DNA of 64,000 nt from the human T2T-CHM13v2.0 reference genome, Homo sapiens: assembly GCF_009914755.1 (NCBI RefSeq), contig NC_060936.1; one strand, written 5' to 3'. The first letter of the stretch is position 1, and the number at the start of each line of letters is the position of its first letter. The notes beneath the pieces are model-generated. The model did not search any database, was not told the origin of the DNA, and saw nothing but the letters and a program-made list of their open reading frames with translations. The position numbers and the translations under genes were made by a program. This document shows positions 1 through 20,445 of this stretch, piece by piece.

Positions 1-552
1 TACTGCCTGAAACAAAAATTGGACAAAACATACAATGGTTTCAATAACTGAAAATGAGTAAATGATGGATAGCGATCCCTTAGATATCACTGCCTTGGGA
101 GAGTTCCCAGGCTATGGGGCAGTGAGAGAAAACTTAAGTGAAACTCAACAGAGTTGAGGGCACAGAGCTCAGAGTTTGAGAAGACCAAAGGAGCTAATTT
201 TTGCAGAAAAGAGTACCACAGAGAAAAGAGCTGAACAGAAACAGAACTCCTGAGATGTGCAGAGGACCTGCCTGCTAGTATTCAGTAGAGTATTAATTAG
301 TACATGTGGTATGAGGAAACTGTCTGAGGCCAGGGAAATAATCATCCAAAAGGATTTAAGGGAACAGCTCCTCATGTTCACACAGGCCTAGGAACAATGA
401 CTATTCTTATCAGCCAGCCAGAAAAATCTCAAAAATTCCTGCTACATTAGATAGAGTTCTCAGAAGTGTCTTGCCTTAAGAAGCAGGGATTAATTATCTC
501 TAGAATAAATGCTGCTCTGGTTCCACTTAACAAATCTTAAAAGTAGAATTTG

Positions 553-716
553 AGGGCAAGGAGAGGGAAAGCATTAGGACAAATACCTAATGCACGCGGG
601 GCTTAAAACCTAGATGACAGGTTGATAGATGCAGCAAACCACCATGGCACATGTATACCTATATAACAAATGCACACTGCACATGTATCCCAAAGCTTCA
701 AGTAAAATTTTTTTTA
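553..716 (+). mobile_element. L1PA 3' terminal fragment
   Basis: gcattaggacaaatacctaatgca...caccatggcacatgtatacct is the primate L1 3' end; TSD aaaagtagaatttg at 539-552 and 717-730. Confidence 0.88.
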
Positions 717-729
717 AAAAGTAGAATTT

Positions 730-1054
<325 letters not shown>

Positions 1055-1664
1055 TCAAACTGTTTCCAAGCACCTTAACTGCACCCAGAACAAAGCTCAA
1101 GAATATTTACAAAAATATCCAGCATCCAACAAGATAAAATTCACAATGCCTAGGAGCCAATAAAAACTGCCAGGCATGCAAAGAAGAAGAAAAATATGAC
1201 CCATAATATGGAGAAAAACCAATCAATCAAAAGCTACCTAGAATAGACACAGATATTAGAATTAGCAGACAAGGACATTAAGGTAGCAATTTTATCTGTC
1301 TTCCATATGTTCAAAAATCTTGAGCAAAGATAGAACATGTTAAATAGAAACATAGAAGACATAAAAACACTGAAATCTAAATTTTAGAGATGAAAACTAC
1401 AATGTATGAAGAAAAAATACACTGAGTAAGATTAATGGCATATTAAACACATTAATGTATTAATGGCATATTAAACACATATTAAGAGATTAGCAAATGT
1501 AAAGCATAGGAATTGAACTTATCTAAAAACACAGAGAAAGAAGACTAAAAAAGAAAGATCTAAAGAAGCCTAACGTGTATGTAATTGTAGTTCCCAAAGG
1601 AGGAATAGAAAAACTGTGAAAATTTTCTAATTTTGATGCAAAGTAGAAATTCACAAATCTATGA

Positions 1665-2192
<528 letters not shown>

Positions 2193-2343
2193 TAATATTT
2201 AGAAACTGTTAACCTGGAATTCTAAAGCCAGTGAAAATACCTTTCAAAAGCAAAGATGAAATTCTTTTTCAGACATACAGAAGCTGAAATAATGCAGGTT
2301 TGCTGGTGATGAACTAAAATAAATATTTAAAAAAAATTCTTCA

Positions 2344-2657
<314 letters not shown>

Positions 2658-2664
2658 TCAGATC

Positions 2665-3008
2665 ATCTGGGCACGGTGGCTCACACCTCTAATCCCTGCA
2701 CTTTGGGAGGTAGATCACTTCAGGAGGACCCAAGTGGATCACTTTGAGAGGCGGGTGGATCCCTTGAGGTCAGGAGTGAAAGACCAGACTGGCCAACATG
2801 GCAAAACCCTACCTCTACTAAAAATACAAAAATTAGCCGGGCATAGTGGCGGGCACCTGTAATTCCAGCTATTCGGGAGGTTGAGTCAGGAGAATTGCAT
2901 GAACACGAAAGGTGGAGGTTGCAGTGAGCTAAGATCGCGCCACTGCATTCCAGCCTGGGTGACAGAGTGAGACTCTGTCTCATAAAGAAATAAAGAAAGA
3001 AATAAAGA
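2665..3008 (+). mobile_element. AluS with internal left-arm duplications
   Basis: Dimer with repeated gatcactt(t/c)..gagg segments 2710-2770. Confidence 0.88.
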
Positions 3009-3012
3009 AGTA

Positions 3013-3476
3013 TTCTTGCCTCGCCATCTTGGATCCTGTGGAGACCGGCTAGGAACGGGACTTCTAAATGTTCTAAATGGAAATACGACTGGAAAGCAGT
3101 CTGTAGTCCGAGGCCATTTTTGCTGGCTATAAGTGCGGTCTCCAGAACAAAAGGGAACACATCTCTTCTTAAAATTAAAGGTGTTTATGCCCGAGATGAA
3201 ACAGAATTCTACTTGGGCAAGAGATGTCCTTATGTATACAAAGCAAAGAACAACACGGTGACTCCTGGCAGCAAACCAAACAAAACCAGAGTAATCTGGG
3301 GAAAGGTAACTTGGGCGCATGAACACAGTGGCATGGTTTGTGCCAAATTCCGAAGCAATCTTCCTGCTAGAGCTATTGGACACAGAGTCCGAGTGATGCT
3401 GTACCCCTCAAGGATTTAAACTAATGAAACAATAATAAATAAAAGTGGATTCGTAAAAAACAAAACAAAATAAAAA
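3013..3476 (+). pseudogene. RPL35AP: RPL35A processed pseudogene, antisense to PKP2, in intron 4
   Basis: ORF 3120..3419 gives [30 protein letters not shown]...[25 protein letters not shown] (RPL35A); intronless; 5'UTR-like start cgccatcttgg; start codon appears mutated to ACG (3085) with N-terminal indels; AATAAA at 3434; A-rich tail. Confidence 0.95.
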
Positions 3477-4284
3477 TTTTCAGGTAAAGGTAAAGGATCA
3501 CACTATCTACACAAACAAATAAAGAGCACTGGAGCAACTTAGATCAAATGGACAAATCCCTTGAAAGACTCCCTTGAAAGACACAAATTACCAAAGCTCA
3601 CTAAAAAAGCCACTGATAGTCTAAACAGCCCCACAGCAGTTCAAGAAACTGAATTTGCAGCTAAGAACCTTCTCACACATAAAAATCTTCAGGCTGAGAC
3701 GTCTTCACTGCTGAAGTCTACCAAACATTTAAGGAAGAAATAATACCATTTCTAACCAAACTCTTTCAAAAAACTGAAAAGAAGGGAATACTTCCCAGTT
3801 CATTCTATGAGACTAGTATTACCCACAACTCAAAATCAGACAGACACTAAAAGTACAGATCATGTCTTTTACACAGACGTAAAATTTCTTAACAAGATTT
3901 TAGCAAATCTAGTCATAAAACCTACAAAGTGACAGTACATCATAACCAGGTGGGGTTTATGAATGGAATACCATTTTAAAATCAATCAAGGTAATTTACC
4001 ATAATGGCAAAATTAAAATTAAAAACCATAAAAATATTTCAATAAATGCATAAAAAGCATCTGACTAAATCCAACATCCATTCGTGATTCAAAAACTCCA
4101 TTAAAGCAGGAGTAGAAGGGAAGTTCTTCAACTTGATATGGTCATTTATAAAAAACCTACAGGTAGCATAATATTTAAGGGTGAAAGAAAGACTGAATAC
4201 TTTTGCCCTGGGATCAGAAACAGGATAATATGCCCACGCTCACCACTTCTTTTCAAGATTGTAGGAGAGGTTCTAGCAAGTACT

Positions 4285-4286
<2 letters not shown>

Positions 4287-4324
<38 letters not shown>

Positions 4325-4350
4325 ACGTAAATATATATATTATATATATA
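4287..4350. repeat. (CA)n followed by (TA)n microsatellite
   Basis: Directly visible. Confidence 0.95.
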
Positions 4351-4808
4351 TTATCTATTCTATATACTAGCAATGAACAACCAAAAATAGAAATTAAAAA
4401 GTACCATTTATAATAGCATCTGGAAATATGATAAACTTAGGGATAAATCTAAGAAAAGACATGAAAGACCTCTACAGTAAAAACTATAAAACTCTGCTGA
4501 GAAAAACTGAAGACCTAAATAGATGTTAACATGTACCATGGTCATGGGTCACAAGACTCAATATTGTTAAGATGTCAATTCTCTCCATATTGATCTACAG
4601 ATTCAGTGCAATCTCTAACAAAATCCCAGCAATTATTTTTTAAGAAATTGACAAGCTGATTCTAAACTTCAAATGGAACTGCTGAAGTTGTAGAATAGAC
4701 AAAACTTTGAAAAAGAATAAAATGGATGGACTAACATTACCTACTTTTGAGACTTATAAAACGATAGTAATCAAGACTGTGGAATTTGAATAAGACAGAC
4801 AAATAGTC

Positions 4809-5071
4809 TTCATCTTTGCTGAAGACTAATTACTCTGGGATTATTATCTAACATGTCTGTTTCTCTGAATCAGATGATGAGAAGTTGGCCCCTTTCTGGG
4901 TGAAGGCTTTTTGAAAGTAGGATGTGGTTGACTTGAGTCATATTTATTTGCACTAGGACGTAAGAATGTTTCACATCCCCAGTTTTCCATGGTATCCTCA
5001 AAAAATCAATTTTCTCAAAATTCATTTAGGAAATAATACTTGGGAATAGTAAACATTCAAAAATAATCTTA
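4809..5071 (+). repeat. Direct-repeat copy of PKP2 intron 2 (source 18568-18834)
   Basis: Manual alignment gives about 20 differences over ~263 bp (~92% identity). Confidence 0.95.
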
Positions 5072-5073
5072 CA

Positions 5074-5683
<610 letters not shown>

Positions 5684-6103
5684 TCAATAGAACAGAATAC
5701 ACAGTCCAGAAATAGACTCACATATTTGATCAATTCCTTTTCAGCAAAGATACAAAGACAATTTAGCAGTGAAATAAAAGTCTTTGCAACAAATGACACC
5801 TGAACAATTAAATTTACATATACCAAAAAAAGGAACTTCAGTCCACATCTTACAATATATAAAAAATTAACCACAAATGGACCATAGAACAACTAAAATA
5901 TATAACATTTACAAAACTTCTAGGATAAAATATAGATTATCTTCTAACTTTTGAATAGAGAAACATTTCTTGGATACACATGAAAAGCAGAAACCATAAA
6001 GGGAAAAAACTGAATAAATTAAATCCCATTAAAATGAAAACCTATTAGGAGAATGAAAAAACAGAGCACAACTGGGAGAAAATATTTTCATATTATATAT
6101 CTA

Positions 6104-6642
<539 letters not shown>

Positions 6643-7004
6643 TCACTATATCAAATGTTAAGATGAGGAGGAACTGGAACTCTCATAAATTGTGAGTGGG
6701 AATGTGAAATGGCACAGCTACTTTGTAAAATGGTTTAGCAGTTTCTTAAAAAGTCAAACATACACCTACCATACCATCCAGGCATTTACTCCTAGGTATT
6801 TACTGAAGAGAAATAAAAGCACATGTCTACATGAAGACTTGTATACAAATGTTCACGGTAGCTTTATTTGTAATAGCCAAAACTTCTGATTAACACGAAA
6901 TGGGTGAATCTCAAAAGACTTACTCTGAGTAAAATAATTCAAACCAAAAAAATCTTATATTCTATATGATTCCATTTATATAAAATTCGAGAAAATTCAA
7001 TCTA

Positions 7005-7312
<308 letters not shown>

Positions 7313-8169
7313 ATAGAAAGAAAGCAGATCACTGGTTGTTTTGGGAGGCTGTTCGTAGGTTGAGGGCTGGAGGGATTATATGGATTACACAGGGGCACAA
7401 GAAAACGCTGGAGGTAATGGATATATTTGTTATCTTGATTGTGATGATGGTTTTAGTGTCAAACCTGTCAAAACTATGTCAGATTGTACCTCAATAAGGT
7501 AGTTAAAAAATCAACCAACAAAACTGATACATTTAGACAACAGAAATCTATGCAGCATCTTAAAAGAATGAGTAAGATTAATACATATTGAAGATTTCCA
7601 AGATACGGTATAAAAAAATAAAGTATTATAAGTAGTAAGTTATCATTTATGATTTCATGTTTTAAAAAGGAAACTCAATCAACTGTTTCAACAATTGTTT
7701 CTTCGTGTATAAAATATCTCTGGAAAGATAAAAAAATTGATATATGTGTTTGTGTGTGAGAGAGATTGAAAGAGACAGAACAGAGAGAATATATAGGCTG
7801 GAGTTTGGAGTAGAAGAGACTTACTTTTCACTGAACACCTTTTTGAGCTGTGATTCCTCCTCCCTCACAAATGTATCACTTTTTAAGACAAATATAAAAT
7901 AACATATTGATTCCATCTCTGAGGATCTGTCCTACAGGAACAGAAGTGTCAAAACATATATGCACAAAGCAATTCATTGAACAATTGTTACAAATGTTAA
8001 TGGAATCACTGAATGAAAAAAAGTTGCAAAACCCTTGCCTCTGGGGATGGTTCTAAATGGAGAGGTTGGGGAGACAGGAAAAGAAGAGGGAAATTTGTGT
8101 AGTGACTTACTTTCTACATTTCCGAATTGCAGGAAATATTTTTGGTAATGAGTGGCTGTTTTCTTTTAA

Positions 8170-8802
<633 letters not shown>

Positions 8803-8837
8803 CAATTTTTAAAAATTTAAATAAATTATTGGTTTCA

Positions 8838-9062
<225 letters not shown>

Positions 9063-9325
9063 TCAGCCAGATTCCAAACCTCCCTCCTCCTGCCTACCAA
9101 CCTGGTCCTCCAGAGACGACTCAGCGAATACTGGGAAGCACTAGAACATCTGAACCTTGGCTTTTCTTCAGCCAAAAGAAAAATCAGCACCCAAGATCAC
9201 AAGGCAGAGGGACTACTGGATAGAAATTCTTCAGCTTTGATCAGATAGAAGACATTGGACGATGTCATTCGATTGAATTATACCATATACCAAAGAAAGA
9301 AGCTGAACTTTTAAAAATAAATATG

Positions 9326-9604
9326 AGGCTGAGGTGGGCGGATCACTTGAGGTCAGGAGTTCAAGACCAGCCTGGCCAACATGGTGAAACCCTATCTCTA
9401 CTAAAAATAAAAAAAATTAGCTGGGTGTGGTGGTATACACCTGTAATCTCAGGTGTAATACTGTAATACTCAGGAGGCTGAGGCAGGAGAATCACTTGAA
9501 CCCAGGAGGTGGAGATTTCAGTGAGCAGAGATAGTGCCACTTCACTCCAGTCTAGGAGGAAAAACGAGACTGCATCTCAAAAAAAAAAAAAAGAAAGAAA
9601 AAAG
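9326..9604 (+). mobile_element. AluS, 5' truncated
   Basis: Starts at gaggctgagg; TSD ataaatatg. Confidence 0.9.
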
Positions 9605-9717
9605 ATAAATATGTATCCTATGATTCTTACATCTTATAAAAGCAACTTTAAAGGCACAATAAGACTTTTAAAAGAATCCAAAAGAAATCTGTTTACAGAA
9701 ATTAAAAATTATTTCTA

Positions 9718-10026
9718 GGCTGGGCACGGTGGCTCACATCTGTAATCCCAGCACTTTGCGAGGGCAAGGCAGGAGGATTGCCTGAGTCCAGGAATTCAAG
9801 ACCAGCCCTGGCAACATAGTGAGACCCTGTCTTTACAAAAAACAAACAGACAAACAAAATCAGCTGGGTGTGGTGGCATGTGCCTGTAGACCCAGCTACT
9901 TGGAAGGCTGAGGTGGGAGGATCGCTTGAGCTTGGGAGGTCAAGGCTGCAATGAGCCTTGGTCACACCACTGCACTCCACCCTGAGCAACAGAGTGAGAC
10001 TCTGTTTCAAAAACAAACAAACAAAA
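9718..10026 (+). mobile_element. AluJ
   Basis: Full dimer. Confidence 0.9.
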
Positions 10027-11282
10027 TAATGACTAAAGACATGCTTTAAAGGTAATTTAGGAGTGTTCTTTGGCTTCAAAGAGGGTTATACCTGATTCAT
10101 TCCAGGTAACATTCCAGACACATTCATTCCAGACACTGGAGACATCCTGAGAAGGAGTTTTCCAATATCTACTAGCAAGCATAGTGAGTAAATACTCTTT
10201 TCTATTAGGCTAACCCATGAATACATGCACATGTGTACAGGTGTTAGTGTGTACAGCCTTATGAAGGGTGTGCCTGTGTGTGGGTGGGGGCGGTGCAGGT
10301 GGGGTGATAAGGAGTAATGCGCCTCATGACCAAAAACTAATACCCCCTGCTTCTGAAACACGTGTTCAAACACAGAAGGGTTACCTCATAAGTATAAAGG
10401 GTATTAAAAGTGAAGCAGAAAATCTCTGGCATCTATACTGAGAATTATATAATGATCTCATATTTTTAATGTGCCTCATGAGTCAATTATAATTAGTAAA
10501 AAAAAAATGCAGGCTATTACCACTAAAACTAGAATTTGAGTCACTTTTATCTAATATTTTTATCTAATATTAGAGGATATTACACCTTTTAAAGGAGATG
10601 GGAATATTTTACATTCATGGACTGAGGCCTTTACAGAGAAGTCAAAACTCTGTAAGTCTAGTCTCAAGCTCAATGGCAAAGTCTTTGCCAGCCATCACGG
10701 TTGTTTTAACTGATGAAAGATCATTCATAAGAACAGCCTTCTGTTATGCAGCTTTTTTTTTAAAAAAAGATTGAGCCATTAATCCATTTCATAAGCCATA
10801 CATGACTCAGGAAAGTTTGAATTTCCCATCTCTAACACCCACAAATAATTCCACTACTCTAATCCTTTATTTTCCTGAACATGATTCACATAGAAGCTCT
10901 GTGTTCACACTTAGGCAATCCAATGCGATTTCACTTTATCACTAAAAAAATTCCTAAACTAAGTGAAGACTTCCTCAGCAAGGTTTACTACAGCTGTCAG
11001 GGGGTCAACTTTCTGTTTGACTATCTATCAAGTCCAACTCCATAACACGGCATACATTCTGGCCCAAGTCTGACTCCATTTCCTGTCATCCTCAACCTCT
11101 TTTCCTCCCCCTCCTTGGATCTACTACACCCCTCCAATCACACCAGGCTTTTAATCCTTCTCTAAACACTGCCACCTTCTTCACAAGCCACCTTCTTTGA
11201 CTTTTCCAGGAAGCTTATCATACTACCTAATTCTCACCCATTCTTCAAGACTCAATTCAAGTATCTTCATTTCTTCTTGTTC

Positions 11283-11853
<571 letters not shown>

Positions 11854-12229
11854 TGAAATCTTTTCTGTACCCCATCCCCTAGAACAGCTAGAGCTATTCT
11901 TTCCTCTATTCTCCTATAGCATTCCCCCGTTCCAACTCCTTTTCTCTGTCTTCCTCCCTCCTTCTCTCTCTCCCCACTCACTTATAAAACATTTCTTGAA
12001 GGCTGCAGAAATGTGTCTTGGGAGATGGCGATGGGCCTGGGCTGGAGGATCAGGAAGAGAAGTTGTTCCCTAGCCCCACTGACCCCTGAACATATTCTCC
12101 AGAAGTAAGTCATTTCAACAATTTTTTAAATGATATCAGTATAAATTTAAAAATGTAAGAGAAAGCAGTGTAAACTACCACTGGTCAGAATACGAGACAT
12201 TACAGGGGGAGAAAAAAACCCAGTAACTT

Positions 12230-12588
<359 letters not shown>

Positions 12589-13080
12589 CTAACAACACAG
12601 CCCTGCCCAGGCTGGTTCCCCTGATATTAGAATATGGCTACACCTCTGAAGGCAAAGCAAACATAAAATGATGAATGGATAGCTCCTACAAGTATTGTCA
12701 GACGCTCAGTAAATGCAAATCCCCACAAATATTTTAAAGTAGGATGAAAGCAATGCTTTGGAAAGATGACTCTGGAATGGATATGTGTTTCTTGAAAGAG
12801 AGACAGCGTTGAGGGCACTATAAAAGGTTCAGCTGAGGCAAAAAAGCCTTGAACTGGGCTGTTAAAAATGGAAATGGAAAAAAAAGGTAGAGTTGAAAGA
12901 GATGAAAAATTAAAGAACTAAAGCAGGTAGTAATTAAGAGGACGTGGAGGGAAGTCAATATGATCTGTTTTCTGCTCTGCAGTGCTCTTGGTCACAAATT
13001 TGACTGTCAATCCTAGAGAAGATCCACCCTCTCTGCTTAGTCTCCCTCAACTAATCCCAGAGCACGATGCTCTTGTGGGT

Positions 13081-13378
13081 TTTGTTTGTTTTGCTTTGAG
13101 ACAGGGTCTCACTCTGTTGCCCAGGCTGGAGTGCAGTGTCACGATCATGGCTGACTGCAGCCTGGACCTCCCAGGCTCAAGTGATTCTGTTGCCTCAGCC
13201 TCCTGAGTAGTTGGGGCTACAGGCATGCACCACCATGCCCAGCTAATTCTTGTACTTTGTAGAAGTGGGGTTTTGCCATGTTGCCCAGGCTGGTTTCAAA
13301 TTCCTGGGCTCCAGCAATCTGCCAGCCTCAGCCTCCCAAAGTGCTGGGATTACAGGTGTGAGCCACCATGCCCGGCCC
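13081..13378 (-). mobile_element. AluJ
   Basis: TSD tgctcttgtg. Confidence 0.9.
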
Positions 13379-13473
13379 TGCTCTTGTGTTCTTTAAATTT
13401 CTGTAGACACTAATATGTATCACACAACCTAGCACTTGATGATATATCCTATTTTTCACTGCTCCTCTCCTAG

Positions 13474-13809
<336 letters not shown>

Positions 13810-14730
13810 CATTTTCATCTTTTGTGATGCTTACTGGGAAGGACCTATGAAGATCCTACTACTCATTTGCAGAACCATCAGCCTCCAACTGGTCATAAAT
13901 CATGGTTTTAGAAAAATTCATCTATAATTTTTTTTGTGGTGATTCTTAAAAACCTTTTTCATCAGTTTGATTTAGAACATCGGTTTCATCAGTTTGTCTC
14001 TCTCACACTCCAAGTCTCAGTTTTTAGCTGCATTAGTAACTGTTTAACCAGCCATTCTTCTTTTGGAAAGCCAGGTCCATTGTTTAATACCTTAAGTCAT
14101 TATGCAGGTTTATGGTTTTGTCCAGTTAATATTCAACATATATGAAAGAATACTCCTTTACATGTGGGAGTTTCACTAGGCATAAAAACTTAAATCCCCC
14201 CCAAAAAAGGGCTGGACAAAGTTTGACAATGCGGGACCAAAGAGAACACAGTGTGTGGTCTCAGGGCAGGTGTCCCAGGGAGCAGCCTGGGGAACTGAAA
14301 TGAGGCGTGGAGCCCAGCAGAGGAAAGGGGGAGGTCAGACAGGCACAGGCACCACCTTGGGCATCTATCTTCCTCATTACACAAAATACGTCTGGCTCCC
14401 TCTCCTTTTCACAGAGAGCCAAATTTTCCTTTCATAATCAGAGAAAAAAAGTTGATTTCTATGATTTCTACTCTCTAGAATTTGGGGAAATCTCAGGAAG
14501 AGATTTCTTACTCATTATTTTTAAATTTCTTGACCCCAAGTGTTCCTTCTACTCTTGGAAATATGATTAAATATTATAATACAATTTACCCTGTCTATTA
14601 AAACAATAATCCAAAAATAGTATGACTAATACTTCTAGAATTTGAGCAACAAAAGAACCTAGATGGCAAAAAGTAAAATTTATATTTCATTTCTCCTTCC
14701 TTTAATTCCTTCACTCTTTCACCATATACT

Positions 14731-15027
14731 TATTTTTTGAAAGAAGATCTCATTCTGTTGCCCAGGCTGGGGTACAGTGGCACAATCACAGCTCACTGTA
14801 GCCTCAACCTCCCTGGCTCAAGCAATCCTCCCACTTCAGCCTCCGGAGTAGCTGGGACCACAGGTGGGCACTATCACGCCAGGCTAAGTTGTTTATCTTT
14901 AATAGAAGTGGGGTCTCGGGGTCTCCCTATTTTGCCCAAGCTGGTCTCAAACTCCTGGGCTCAAGCGATCCTCCAGCCTGGGCCTCCCAAAGTGCTAGGA
15001 TTACAGATGTGAGCCACTGTGCTGGCC
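14731..15027 (-). mobile_element. AluJ
   Basis: Full dimer. Confidence 0.9.
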
Positions 15028-15029
15028 TC

Positions 15030-16300
15030 ATCATATATTTATACAGTGCCTACTATAGGCCTACTTCCATTTTAGGGTGCTGAGAATATAAAGATGATTG
15101 AGCATTCACAAAAATCTCAAAGTCCAGAGGGAGAACAGATAAGCAAATGAATAGCCACAATATATTTTTCTGATAGAGACACTCACACAAGGCTGCTATC
15201 TGGGGCACCTAAGCTAGACTGGGAAGGAAGTGGTCAGAAAATAGGTGGTATCTGAGCTAAATCCAGAATTATAAGTAGTCAGACAAAAGTAGAGCTGCAT
15301 ATGTAAAGGTGTGGAGTGGGGGAAAAGAAGGAAAGAGAGAGAGAATGAATATGGATAAATATCTTGCATTAAGGAAAGTAAAGAGGTTCCAGGTGGTTTG
15401 GGTATTGGTATGTGGGTATGTTTGGGGATGGTGGTGATGAATGGCAGAGAAGAGTAGAAGGAGAAGAGGCTGAAGTGATAAGCAGAGCTGAAAACACAAT
15501 GGGGCTTGTAGGTCATGCCTAAAAGCATGAACACTTAGTGGAATTATGGAAGGGTTATAAACAATCACATGTGGAAAGATAATTCTGACAGTCCTAGAGA
15601 ACGGTTCTGACTGAGCAAGACCAGAGGCAGAGAGCCCTGTGTAATGGAAATGGAAAGAAGGGTAAAAATTCAAGACCCATCATAGAAGGAAAAATATGGC
15701 TTGGTGATAGGTGACTACAGAGGGAGAAGATAAGAATGACTTCCAGGTTTGAAAATAGTAGACTACAGCAGGAGGAGATGGGTGGAAGTTGAGGATAGGG
15801 AGATGATGAGTTTAGTTTAGGATATACTGAGTGTGAAATTTCCAGGAGGTTGTTACATTTTCATATAGGTCCAGAATTTGGCATCAAGGATGGAATTGCA
15901 GACAAAACTTTGAGAACCATAAGGATAAAAGTGAGGTACACAGAGCCTCTCTGGAAGAGCATCAAGACTTGGAATAGAAGGGTTACTGAAGATGCCTTCT
16001 TTGAGCAGGCAGAAAGGGAGCACGCAGAGAACACTAACAAAGAATGGCTGGAGAGGTGAGTGGAAAACCAGGGGAAGCTGGTGCCCTGAAAACCAAGGGA
16101 TGAGAGAATTTCATGGTGTCTCAAACACCACCCACAGGTTGAGTAATATAAGCAGTGCTTATATTACTCAATATAGTGTCTGCTTAGGATGTAGCAGATA
16201 AGGCCATCATTGCTACATTTGTCAGGAGACTGTTTAGGTGGAATGGAGGGGACTGAAATCATATTGCAGTGGGTTGACGAGAGACTGGGAAGTGACAGGG
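15030..16300 (-). mobile_element. L2 remnant
   Basis: Purine-rich plus strand; minus-strand translation LSSLGFQGTSFPWFSTHLS resembles the L2/CR1-clade RT region. Confidence 0.7.
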
Positions 16301-16509
16301 TGGTTCAAGAAGCAAGGGACACAGAGATGGAGGGAGAGAATGCCAGTTGTTGGAGGATGTCAGATAATAATTTTGTTACTGTTAAAATCATTTTGCTAAA
16401 ACTGTGGCTATCACAAATCCTAGGCTATGGTAGGCATTCCATAAATTTTGAATTACCTGTTTAAAAGCCTTTATCAGCTTTTTCCTCCATAAACAATGAC
16501 CTGATACAC

Positions 16510-16810
16510 TTTCTCTTTTTTTTTTTGAGACAAGGTCTCACTGTGTTCCCCAGGCTGGAGTGCAGTGGCACAAATCTTGGCTCACTGCAACCTCCATCTC
16601 CTGGGCTCAAGTAATCCTCCCGCCTCAGCCTCTCGAGTAGTTAGGACCACACGTGCACACAACCACACCCAGCTAATATTTGTATTGCTCGTAGATATGG
16701 GGTTTCATCATGTTGCCCAGGCTGGTCTTGAACTCCTAAACTCAAGTGATTCGCTCGCCTGGGCATCCCAAAGTGCTGGGATTACAGGCCTGGGCCACTG
16801 CTCCCGGCTT
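16510..16810 (-). mobile_element. AluJ
   Basis: Full dimer. Confidence 0.9.
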
Positions 16811-17824
16811 ATTTTTCCTCTTTGTAAGTATGCTCATATTGCCTAAGGTCTGCTTACTATAAGAAATGTTAGAAATCTCATGGTGAATTTTACATCATAA
16901 AAAATATTTCCTGTGTTAAGATTAGATTAGCCCTCATCATTTTGAGAAGTAGTTTATTAATGATGCTACCTGGTCAGTGAGCATGCTGTACAATTTCACT
17001 TGAAGGGATGTTTAGAGGTAACAACTATCATTAGACAACTTTAGCAATCAAATGACAATAACATATCTAATGTTTTAGCCTAATGATGTTAGATCATTAT
17101 TGCAGGAGTTACTGATCTAATCAGCCATCCATTTCTCAATCTTTCTCTTAGTAACGTGCACAGTTTATAAAATTTGTGATCAGGCATTAAACTTGAATAA
17201 GGGTTAAGTTCCAAACACTAAATTAGTCAAGCTATAAAGTAAATAGGAATGGAAAGGAATGACTTAAAAATTCAGTTATTTTAATAATTTAATACTGCCA
17301 AAAGAATACCCCTTCAAATCACTGACACTAGAAATCTAAAAGGTACCAAGTACCAAAGGAAGAAAAAAGACATCTAGAAGTCAGCCATCTTTCCTTAGCT
17401 CTTTTTACAGTCATAGTTATCCAAATGGCATTCGTGCTAAGAATAAGCATTTTTTCCTTTTATTTCATGGGATGATGAAGAAAATACGCATGCAATTCTC
17501 CAATTCTTGGCCTACTTTGGAGTTTAGAGCAGATTTTCATATGGCTGAGGGGTAGGGTCCCTTCAGCCAGCATCTAATCTGGAACAGATGGACTAAATGT
17601 CACATTTCCATACAAAGCTGCCATGTGAGCAGGTAGCTTGGCCCCTGTCCCTGAGGTAAATAGGCTGATCTGTCAATTAGGCAGCTGCCTGAAAAGTCAT
17701 TATTTTAATCACTTATCTCTGGAAGCCCTTCTCTCAAGCCCCAGAAGTGCCAGCTCATGCTGTCAGGGCTGTGGGAACAGAATGTGCTGGCAATGACTGA
17801 ACTGCAGAGTCAGGAGGGGACTTA

Positions 17825-18834
<1,010 letters not shown>

Positions 18835-18881
18835 GGAAGTTTGAAAATATTTTCATGGTAGTAATCTGATCACTAGGGTTA

Positions 18882-19055
<174 letters not shown>

Positions 19056-19230
19056 CTAATTAATATTTACAGACTGTATAACAATGATGTATTAAACTTT
19101 TAAATTTAAGTAATGAAGGCCAAGAACAAGTATTAAACGTACGTTAATGTTTTTAAATGCTAGTTTCACACCACCCTGGGATATGGCAAGTGATCAAAGG
19201 TTATCAAAACATTCTCTACAAAAGTTTTTC

Positions 19231-19828
<598 letters not shown>

Positions 19829-20100
19829 GTTTTCAAAATGAAAGTTGAATTTAAAAAAAGAAAAAGAAGGGAGAGGAAATTCACAAAAATCTAAAAATGT
19901 TTGGTTGTTATAGTGCTGAAAAATTTGGGACTCATTGTCTGGTTTAGCTGGTCGAGACTATAAAATTCAGTTTCCCGAGTCACAGAACTCTGTTCCCAAG
20001 GCAGGAATTCGGAAGCTTCTTGTAATAAGCAGGTGTAGGCAATAAATATAATGGTGACTCAGCACTACTAGATAAGACAGCTTGTATAAACAACAGGATA

Positions 20101-20445
<345 letters not shown>

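Noticed and set aside
1431-1484. Short tandem duplication attaatggcatattaaacac
   Set aside because: Ordinary slippage duplication inside a dead L1.
3120-3419. 99-aa RPL35A-like ORF as a functional retrogene
   Set aside because: The native ATG is lost, the N-terminus is frameshifted, the ORF starts at a non-ATG codon and carries many substitutions.
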